Source of the DNA: Macrostomum lignano
Lineage: Eukaryota
Assembly: GCA_002269645.1 (NCBI GenBank)
Contig: NIVC01000885.1
Coordinates: 4,695-68,694 of the forward strand
Direction: 5' to 3'
DNA length: 64,000 nt
Shown: piece after piece, positions 1 through 10,471 of the stretch
How the letters are laid out: every line of letters begins with the position of its first letter
How positions within the stretch are numbered: position 1 is the stretch's first letter
Made by a program: the position numbers and the translations under genes
Notes under the pieces: model-generated
What the model was told of the DNA's origin: nothing
Seen by the model: only the letters and a program-made list of their open reading frames with translations
Database searches by the model: none

Positions 1-360
1 ACTGAGGATCTGGGAGGCTGGCCCAGCAACTGAGGATCTGGGAGGCTAGCCCAGCAACTGAGGATCTGGGAGGCTGGCCCAGCAACTGAAGATCTGGGAG
101 GCTGGCCCAGCAACTGAGGATCTGGGAGGCTGGCCCAGCAACTGAGGATCTAGGAGGCTGGCCCAGCAACTGAGGATCTGGGAGGCTGGCCCAGCAACTG
201 AGGATCTGGGAGGCTGGCCCAGCAACTGAGGATCTGGGAGGCTGGCCCAGCAACTGAGGATCTGGGAGGCTGGCCCAGCAACTGAGGATCTGGGAGGCTG
301 GCCCAGCAACTGAGGATCTGGGAGGCTGGCTCAGCAACTGAGGATCTGAGAGGCTGGCTC
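1..360. repeat. 28-bp minisatellite (ACTGAGGATCTGGGAGGCTGGCCCAGCA)n, runs off window start
   Basis: Unit recurs at 1, 29, 57, 85 and onward, degenerating at about 340-380. Confidence 0.97.
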
Positions 361-418
361 AAAACTGAGAATCTCAAAACCTGAGATAGATGCACACCGC
401 TGTGCAACAAGAACTCAT

Positions 419-2922
419 TTATTGAGCAGTCCCAGACTCAGCTACTGGATGATCAGTCAGAATGCTAAACCTGTCAACCGGGATGTGCCAGTTGGCCACC
501 AGGCCAGTTAAATCTTCCCCAATAGGGCAGCGAGCCTCCAAATCGACGCTAGCAAAATCCCTTGGCATCACGCAGTGAAGCCGGCGGCGCCAGAGCTGCG
601 CACCAGCCCAGGCAATCATGACGCCATTGTCGGTGCAGAGTCTCGCCGGCGGAAAAACCGCCGACGGCAAGTCGTAAAACTTGGCGAGGCTTTGAAGCGA
701 ACTACGAACGGCGGAGTTGGCGGCCACTCCGCCAGAGACAACGATAGGGAAGGATTCTGGGAGCAGCTCGGTGCGGCGAGCGAATTTCACGGCTCGAGCT
801 GTTCGGGTGGCAACCATTCGACACAGGGCGTATTGAAGACTGGCGCAGAGGTGAGGGTAGTGCTGGCGAACCTGAAACAGAAGTACGAGCGTACTTAGAG
901 AATTAGCTAATTAGTAACTCGAATTACGAGTAATTAGACAAGCTGCAATGAGTGTTAATAGGACTCCAATGAGTGTCGATGGGGCTGGAATGAGTGTCGA
1001 TGAGACTGCAATGAGTGTCGATGGGGCTGGAATGAGTGTCGATGAGACTGCAATGAGTGTCGATGGGGCTGGAATGAGTGTCGATGGGGCTGTAATGAGT
1101 GTCGATGGGACTGGAATGAGTGTCGATGAGACTGGAATGAGTGTCGATGGGGCTGTAATGAGTGTCGATGGGGCTGGAATGAGTATCGATGGGGCTGCAA
1201 TGAGTGTCGATGAGACTGGAATGAGTGTCGATGAGACTGGAATGAGTGTCGATGGGGCTGGAATGAGTGTCGATGAGACTGCAATGAGTGTCGATGGGGC
1301 TGGAATGAGTGTCGATGAGACTGCAATGAGTGTCGATGGGGCTGGAATGAGCGTCGATGGGGCTGTAATGAGTGTCGATGGGGCTGTAATGAGTGTCGAT
1401 GAGACTGGAATGAGTGTCGATGGGGCTGTAATGAGTGTCGATGGGGCTGGAATGAGTATCGATGGGGCTGCAATGAGTGTCGATGAGACTGGAATGAGTG
1501 TCGATGGGGCTGTAATGAGTGTCGATGGGGCTGGAATGAGTGTCGATGAGACTGCAATGAGTGTCGATGGGGCTGGAATGAGCGTCGATGAGACTGGAAT
1601 GAGTGTCGATGGGGCTGGAATGAGTGTCGATGGGGCTGGAATGAGTGTCGATGGAGCTGGAATGAGTGTCGATGGAGCTGGAATGAGTGTCGATGGGACT
1701 GCATTGAGTTTTGATGGAGCTGAAATGAGTGTCAATGTCGATAAGGCATTGCAGGAACAGAGCACAACAGAGACTTACCAAATGGTTATGCTGCAACGGC
1801 TCAGAGAGCTGCATGGGGTCGCCAAGAAGCACCCTGTTTGCCAGCTGTCGAAACGCAGACTGCAATCCGGAGAAGCTGAAGTTGCAGTCGGACTTGTTAA
1901 ACCGGGTGCTGCTGCCGGACAGCGGCCAAGCGCGGGAGTCGCCGCCTTGGGAGGCTACGATCTCGACGGCGCGACCTCCGGGCAGATCGCCGAGACCGGG
2001 CAGCTCACTGAGACGCAGGTAGCTGCGAGAAGGGAATGGCGATGGCAGGTGAGGGCAACTCTCAGAACTGTTTATGGGGCGACACTCTAGGGGCGATTCT
2101 CAGCTAGCTACACCGAGACGGTGCTTCTCATGCCTACAGTGATGGCGATTCTCATGGCTACAGCGAGGGCGATTCTCATGGCTACAGCGAGGGCGATTCT
2201 CATGGCTACAGCGAGGGCGATTCTCATGGCTACGAGGGCGATTCTCGTGACTACAGTTGAGGGCGATTCTCATGGCTACATTGAGGGCGATTCTCACAGT
2301 TCCAAACTCACCGAGCGCACTTGTCCAATGTGTCACCTGGCGATTGGTCCAAACCTCTGCCAACCAGGTAGAAATCGTCAACTTCCCTAGCAACCGCTAG
2401 CAGGGAGTGGCCGCCGCTTAGCAACAAGGCTAGGAAGGGCAGCTGCACCCCATCAGTGAGGCAAGCGGTGAGCGCGTGAGCTCGCATGTGATGCACAGGT
2501 ATCAGCGGCTTATTAAACCGCCGAGCCAGGCGCTTAGCGTGCACCAAGCCGACTTTCAGACAGGGCGCCATACCTGGACAATTGGTAACGGCGACCGCGT
2601 CGACCGTTTCCATGGCAACGCCAGTTTCGTGTAACACCTGGCTAATAGCGGGGTTAATATTGGCAGCGTGGAGCTGCGCAGCCGTGGCTGGAACAATGCC
2701 TCCAGTTGCTAGGTGGGTAGTAGTCTGGCCATAGACAGTCTCGGCCAGTATCCGACCGTCTGTGGTTACCATGGCAACGCCTGTGTCATCGCAGCTAGTC
2801 TCAATGCCTAGAATGGTTCCTATTGAGCACAGGCGCCTGCTGCCTCTGTTGCCGATGACAGCGAAGCCACTGGTCCATTGCAAGGCCTTTAGGGGCGCGA
2901 GCGCGAATCTTTGGAGTTGCAT
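419..2922 (-). CDS. OSGEPL1: Mitochondrial tRNA t6A synthase, OSGEPL1/Qri7/TsaD family, 3 exons, 435 aa
   Basis: Exons are 2922-2312, 2022-1779 and 871-419; both introns are GT-AG and phase-matched (2/2, 0/0). Kae1/TsaD motifs: LGIETSCDDT, GGIVP, PGMAPCL, VHHMRAH, LLLSGGH, PGDTLDK, DCNFSFSGL, VSGGVAAN, LCTDNGVMIAW. The basic N-terminal extension resembles a mitochondrial presequence. Confidence 0.95.
948..1740. repeat. 21-bp minisatellite (ATGAGTGTCGATGGGGCTGGA)n in OSGEPL1 intron 2
   Basis: About 37 units inside intron 872-1778; the source of several spurious ORFs. Confidence 0.97.
2090..2297. repeat. 24-bp minisatellite (GGGCGATTCTCATGGCTACAGCGA)n in OSGEPL1 intron 1
   Basis: About 9 units within intron 2023-2311. 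Confidence 0.95.
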
Positions 2923-2984
2923 GCAATGTAATTAAACGCTCAGGTATTGTATAATATACAGTTTTCAATGCGATTTTTATATTG

Positions 2985-4185
2985 GGGTTTTAGGGGCGAT
3001 TTTAGGAGGGTTTTAGGGGCGATTTTAGGAGGGTTTTAGGGGCGATTTTATGGATGGGGATTTTAGGGGCGATTTTAGTAGGGTTTTAGGGGCGATTCTA
3101 TGAGGGTTTTAGAGGCGATTGTATGTGGGGTTTAGGGGCGATTTTAGGAGGGTTTTAGGGGCGGTTTTAGGAGGGTTTTAGGGGCGGTTTTAGGAGGGTT
3201 TTAGTGTCGATTGTAGGTGGGGTTTAGGGGCGATTTTAGGAGGGTTTTAGGGGCGGTTTTAGGAGGGTTTTAGGGGCGGTTTTAGGAGGGTTTTAGTGTC
3301 GATTGTAGGTGGGGTTTAGGGGCGATTTTAGGAGGGTTTTAGGGGCGATTGTTTAGGGGGTTAGGGGCGATTTTAGGAGGGTTTTAGTGGCGATTGTATG
3401 GGGGGGTTAGGGACGATTTTAGGAGGGTTTTAGTGGCGATTTTATGGATGGGGATTTTAGGGGCGATTTTAGGAGGGTTTTAGGGGCGATTCTATGAGGG
3501 TTTTAGAGGCGATTGTATGTGGGCTTTAGGGGCGATTTTAGGAGGGTTTTAGGGGCGGTTTTAGGAGGGTTTTAGGGGCGGTTTTAGGAGGGTTTTAGTG
3601 TCGATTGTAGGTGGGGTTTAGGGGCGATTTTAGGAGGGTTTTAGGGGCGGTTTTAGGAGGGTTTTAGGGGCGGTTTTAGGAGGGTTTTAGTGTCGATTGT
3701 AGGTGGGGTTTAGGGGCGATTTTAGGAGGGTTTTAGGGGCGATTGTTTAGGGGGTTAGGGGCGATTTTAGGAGGGTTTTAGTGGCGATTTTAGGAGGGTT
3801 TTAGTGGCGATTGTATGGGGGGGGGTTAGGGACGATTTTAGGAGGGTTTTAGTGGCAATGATATGGGGATTTAGGGGCGATTTTAGGGGGTTTTTAGAGG
3901 CGATTGTATGTGGGGGTTTAGGGACGATTTTAGGAGGGTTTTAGTGGCAATGATATGGGGATTTAGGGGCGATTTTAGGGGGTTTTTAGAGGCGATTGTA
4001 TGTGGGGGTTTAGGGACGATTTTAGGAGGGTTTTAGTGGCAATGATATGGGGATTTAGGGGCGATTTTAGGGGGTTTTTAGAGGCGATTGTATGTGGGGG
4101 TTTAGGGGCGATTTTAGGAGGCTTCTAGTGGCAATTATATTGGGATTTTTGGACGACCCTGTGGGGGGTTTTATAGGGCGATTTA
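2985..4185. repeat. About 23-bp G-rich minisatellite (TTTTAGGGGCGATTTTAGGAGGG)n between stathmin and OSGEPL1
   Basis: Periodic unit with internal block duplications; G-tracts on the + strand. Confidence 0.95.
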
Positions 4186-4922
4186 TCAAGGCTTTAGGGG
4201 AAATTTCTGTGGGTTTTTAAATAGGGGTGATTCCCTAGAAAATTCTCTAAAATGTTAATGGCCTGGTTTAATTGGTTAATATGTTTTCGTAGATGTATTT
4301 CATTGAATAAATTAACTAACTCAGGTTGAAGAGCATTGAAACAATTTTTGAATCAAATTTTCAGCAGAACACAACTTCGTTAACTTGCTCGCACACACTG
4401 GAAGATTTATTGGTCACCGAGAGTTACAAAAGTTTTGTTTATAAGTTTGGCGACAGTCCAACTGACAGTCATTGGGGTTGACTAATTGAGATTGCACACT
4501 GATGCCTATATGTAGAGGAGAAAATGATGAGCTATATAGGCGACAACGGGTATAAACTAATTATAGGAAAACTGGTAGACTAATGCAATTTTTATATATT
4601 GACACTAAACTGGTAAACTTAAACAAATGCAAAAATTTCTTATTAATGAAAACTAGATTTTAAACAAAAATTACGAATTCTTATTCGCTTATCCTAGAAA
4701 TAGAAAAATGCAATTATTTTTTGGCGATTTCTAAACAGCACTACTTCTATAGCAAAAAATGTATACTAATAATAGGAAAATAATAGAAAAAATAAAGGAT
4801 ATAATGAGCGCTGAATAACTGGCATAAACTAAGTAGTATATGAAGAGAATTTTGACCTAAATATAATCCAACGGAACGTTTTTTAATTATCAGACGTTTC
4901 AAAAATCGGCAGTCCGCTTTTG

Positions 4923-6506
4923 CTACTCGGACTGCGTTCCGGCCGTGTCGCCGCAGCCTTGCTCAGGCCCGGTGCTCAGCCGCTGATTGCGCACCCCCTC
5001 CACCTTGGCCAGGTGCTGCTGGGCGCCCTGCACGATTCGTTCGATTTGTTCGCGGCGTTTCGCCTCTTTGGCACGAATGTCGCGATCCAGCTCGGCTTCG
5101 AGCGACTGCCGTTCCGCTTCCAGCTTCTCGCGTACCGCCTTGCTGCGCTCCTTGGCTCCGGCGCTCAGGCCGCGAGCTCGCTGCTTCACCTCCTGGGTTG
5201 GGGCATCGGTTTGATGATAATAACGTTGCTGGTGTCATTAACTGCATTCGGGGTGCGCGTCTACTTGACAATTTCCAAGCTTTCAGGCCGCTGCCCCTTA
5301 GTGCCCCACACCAACAGGTCGCTGCCCCCCTACCACCATCATCAGGTCGCTGTCCCCCCCCTACCACTATCAGGTCGCTGTCCCCCCCCCACCACCATCA
5401 GGTCGCTGTCCCCCCCCACCACCATCAGGTCGCTGTCCCCCCCACCACCATCAGGTCGCTGTCCCCCCCACCACCATCAGGTCGCTGCCCCTCCACCACC
5501 ATCAGGTCGCTGCCCCCCCCACACCAACAGGTCGCTGCCCCCTACCACCATCATCAGGTCGCTGTCCCCCCCCCCTACCACCATCAGGTCGCTGTCCCCC
5601 CCCCTACCACCATCAGGTCGCTGCCCCTCCCCACCACCATCAGGTCGCTGCCCCCCCCACCACCATCAGGTCGCTGCTCCCCCACCACCATCAGGTCGCT
5701 GCCCCTCCCCACCACCATCAGGTCGCTGCCCCCCCCCACCACCATCAGGTCGCTGCCCCCCCCACCACAATCAGGCCGCTGCCCCCCCCACCACCATCAG
5801 GTCGCTGCTCCCCCACCACCATCAGGTCGCTGCCCCTCCCCACCACCATCAGGTCGCTGCCCCCCCCACCACCATCAGGTCGCTGCCCCCCCCCACCACA
5901 ATCAGGCCGCTGCCCCCCCAGTCAGGTCGCTGCCCCCCCCCAGTCAGGCGGCAGTTATAAGCAATCGACCATAGAAAATAAAAGACACATGGAACCATTT
6001 ATCCAAGACCGTTAACTTGCCTCCATCCTTCCCAGTCGGCGCTCTTCGGCAGCTTTCAGCGTCTCCTCAACAGACTTCAAATTCTGCTCAGTTCGAGCTT
6101 CCACTTCGCGTTTCTGTCGCTCGGCCACTTCGGTCACATGACTGAGCTTGGTCTCCAGACGGCCGACTCGCTCGGCCAGCTGCTGCTCTCGACGGAGCTC
6201 AGCCGCGGCCAGGCGTTCGGCGATTTCATCGGCGCTGACTGCAGTCGACTGTGGCGGCTGCTGGGCCTTTCGACTCGGACTGGCGTCAACAGCCGTTTTA
6301 CCGCCGCCAACTGAACTTTTAACATCGCTATTATCAGTTTTATTACTCTGGCCGCTGTCGTCAATAAATTCAACATCAAAGGCTAAGCCGCCCAGCGAGC
6401 GTCGGTTGAGCTTGACGCGACAATCGCTCGACGCGGCGGCGGCGACTTCAAAGGAATCGGCGGCAGAGCCTTCTTGATTGGCCAAGTCAGATTGTAGAGA
6501 AGCCAT
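4923..6506 (-). CDS. Stathmin-family coiled-coil protein, 2 coding exons, 251 aa
   Basis: Exons are 6506-6021 and 5192-4923, joined by a phase-0 GC-AG intron (GAG|GCAAGT ... CCCAG|GAG). RRSLGGLAFDVEF resembles the stathmin motif RASGQAFELIL. SADEIAERLAAAELRR and LKAAEERR resemble SLEEIQKKLEAAEERR. A long helical repeat follows. Confidence 0.82.
5283..5950. repeat. Variable 24-28-bp C-rich minisatellite (CCACCATCAGGTCGCTGCCCCCC)n in the stathmin intron
   Basis: Recurring CCACCATCAGGTCGCTG core with variable C-runs. Confidence 0.95.
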
Positions 6507-6545
6507 CGCGAAAAATTAAAGTAATAATCGATAGTTAAGGCGCGA

Positions 6546-6560
6546 CTGAAAAAAATATAG
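6546..6560 (-). promoter_or_regulatory. Strong 3' splice acceptor upstream of the stathmin ATG (5'UTR intron or trans-splice site)
   Basis: Minus strand reads TATATTTTTTTCAG|TCGCG, about 40 nt before the ATG at 6506; no upstream exon recognised. Confidence 0.5.
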
Positions 6561-7457
6561 ATAAAACGTGGGTTCAATTATCAAACAAAACGCCGCGCCA
6601 GCGAAATCCACCACCCCACTGCTAGATAAGAGCACAAGATGTACATTTAGCCAAAGTTTGAGACTTACATAATCTAGAATCGTAAAGTGAACTATCTAAA
6701 AAAACTACGGCTATTGGGGTTCATTAAATGTACACTCTACTCTGCCTCTCTTCTAAACTTATAGTTTGTCTGTATGCATAAATAAATATTGCTCATTCCG
6801 CCGACTCCTAAGCAAAACTATACAAGCGCTCATACACACGCTCACACAGGCTGCACAGAAGCATGAGTTGGCCCCGTATTATGACTATTATGACCCATTC
6901 TTCCTTGGCAACTTTTGTGAGCACAACCACCAAATTAATCGGAGCCCCTAATTTTCGTTAATTGCCTCACGTCGTGTGGCACCTTTTTAAACCCCGCATC
7001 ACAGATTTAAATTTGAAATTAATTTCAATTTAAATTTTGATATGATTTGCTTCTTTACTACTAATTAGTACATTTATACTACTTACTTCAATAGGTCACA
7101 AGATAATGCTATTTTTCATCTAAAAATAGATCATTATCTCTATAACAATACAAAAAAGTAAGCAAAAAAGCGTTTAGCGCATATTTTGCCTTAAAATTTT
7201 AACCTAGAAGCATAAAAATCTGTATTATTCTGATTGGCCAAATTCCGGGATTAAATCCCGGGATCACAAAAATCCGGGATTTTGCAATCCCTACCTCCCT
7301 CTAACAGAAGACGGCTAGCACCTACTACTTACTGACTTAAGTCCTAAACCCTAGCCCTATAACTCTAACCCAAACACGATGCCTAACATAAACCTACTCT
7401 TAAAGAATCTTTCTTACCGATGACTGACAAAAGCTCAGGTAGAAACAGAAACAGCAG

Positions 7458-7756
7458 CAGTGGCGGCGGCGCAGGGGGGGGGGGGGGGGCAGCTGCCTGG
7501 GGGGCCAGGGGGTGACCACCCCACCATCCCCACGGCCCTCAAAAAGACCCTAGGAAGGGAGGGCAGATAGTCTCCCTCTGTAATGCAACTTGCATCAATG
7601 ATTAAAAATGCATTTTTATAAGAAATTTCATGTTGTACATTCATTTTGTAAGAAGTGTGTCATAATTTGTTCGTAATTTTTTACTTTCTTAGAAGGGGGG
7701 GTGACCACCTAACTACTGCCCCCTTCCCCCTAACCAGAGATACTGCGCCGCAACTG
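7458..7756. mobile_element. MITE with about 14-bp terminal inverted repeats CAGTGGCGGCGCAG
   Basis: Left end CAGTGGCGGC(GGC)GCAG at 7458; right end CTGCGCCGCAACTG at 7743-7756; internal GGTGACCACC motifs shared with 32190-32453. No TSD seen. Confidence 0.65.
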
Positions 7757-8304
7757 AATTAGCAGGCCGTTAAAAATGGAATGTACTGTAAAGCAAGACA
7801 AAGAGGTGTGAAAATTTCTTAAGAATCTTAATCATCAAAACGCAGAAACTAAACAGATAACAAAACAACTCATTAAATATAAGCTGCTTAAAAGCAAACA
7901 CCTCAGACGCTGCTTATATATGTATTATGTATATTTGCTTTCAAAGTATTAAAGTCACAAATTAAATGAAAATTGCAAATTGCAACTACATACTAATAGG
8001 TAAGAATTAAAATTGCATAATGGACTAAGTACACACAGGCCCTCAAAACGGGCCTGGCTTGCCTAGTTACATGTCGATATAAGTATTTTGTCTTTGAAAA
8101 TTGCTAAACGTATAACTATTGAAAGTATATCCGCTTCAGAATGCAGCTTATTATCATAATAAATATATTATTGCTATTATTATTCTATAGAAGACTTGAA
8201 GAGCTGTACAAGCAGGAGCGAACAAAATAGTACAAATTCATGGAGGCAATTTAATAAGTAAATTAGAGGGCCGATGTATACTTTTGCTGGGGAAGGCTAC
8301 AAAG

Positions 8305-9000
8305 CGATTTAAAGGTGATTCTAGAGGAGATTAAATGGCGATTCTAAAGATTAAAGGGCGATTCTAAAAGAGATTAAAGGGCGATTCTAAAAGAGATTAA
8401 AGGGCGATTCTAAAAGATATTAAAGGGCGATTCTAAAGGAGATTAAAGGGCGATTCTAAGGAGATTAAAGGGCGATTCTAAAGAAGATTAAAGGTGATTC
8501 TAGAGGAGATTAAATGGCGATTCTAAAGATTAAAGGGCGATTCTAAAAGAGATTAAAGGGCGATTCTAAAGGAGATTAAAGGGCGATTCTAAAGGAGATT
8601 AAAGGGCGATTCTAAAGAAGATTAAAGGGCGATTCTAAAGGAGATTAAAGGGCGATTCTAAAGAAGATTAAAGGGCGATTCTAAAGGAGATTTAAGGGCG
8701 ATTCTAAAGAAGATTAAAGGGCGATTCTAAAGGAGATTAAAAGGCGATTCTAAGGAGATTAAAGGGCGATTCTAAGGAGATTAAAGGGCGATTCTAAAGG
8801 AGATTAAAGGGCGATTCTAAAGGAGATTAAAGGGCGGTTCTAAAAAGGATTAAAGGACGATTATAAAGGGGTTTAAAGGGCGATTCTAAAGGAGATTAAA
8901 GGGCGAGTATAAAAGGGATTTAAGGGCGATTCTAAAATAGATTAAAGAGCGGTCTTCACAGAGAATAGGATTTTATTAAAAGACTAAAGGGCGATTTTAA
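8305..9000. repeat. 23-bp minisatellite (TTAAAGGGCGATTCTAAAGGAGA)n
   Basis: About 30 units in the zinc-finger/stathmin spacer. Confidence 0.95.
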
Positions 9001-9657
9001 AGAATATTAAAGGTTGAAAATTGTAATTAATGTTCCAATATTAAAAGGTTTAGAATAAAAAGTAGGAAGCAGTGCAAAAAAAGCCAGTAAATATTTCTTG
9101 CAAAGCTAAATGCCGTTGGATCGACAAAACATAGCATATTGAGCCTTGAAGATATGTTGTTTAATGTAAAAAAAGTGGCGGAAACCAGCACCTGCAACAA
9201 GCAGGCGATAAAAATGGGCACGCACGGAGTTGCATGCTTATGAAAAGAGAACCACGCTTTATAATAACAAAGCTAAAAAAAAGCAAGTAGACATCCGTGT
9301 AAACAAAAGTTGTGAACGAATGCTCGCACTGAACAGTAAACCAATTAACTGCTTGAAGTATTGTGCCGAATATTTGTGAAAGCATATAATGAGCCAAACA
9401 AAAATAATGCTAGATATAAAAAAGTATAAAATTTTGAGATTAGTGAGAGTTTATACATATACATATATATTATAAGTTCAAATAATGCTTATAGAATATC
9501 CGTCGAAAGTTGAGCACAATGGACATAATAAAATGGTCAGTAAATGAAAACAAACACTGTTCAAGATATTTGTGCAAGGAAAAGAACTGGCTTAAGAATT
9601 TGTTAAGAGAAATGCAAAGATTAGAGAAATAGACAAGCAGACGATAGGTGCAGAGAT

Positions 9658-10395
<738 letters not shown>

Positions 10396-10471
10396 CCAAG
10401 AAAGATAAGAAACAAAGGATTGAGGATTAAGGGAGATGATCCAATCCCAAATGACTTCTCAAAGCTCTCAG

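Noticed and set aside
575-898. + strand ORFs antisense to real exons (also 10436-10804, 18020-18319, 21801-22136)
   Set aside because: Shadows of GC-rich minus-strand coding exons.
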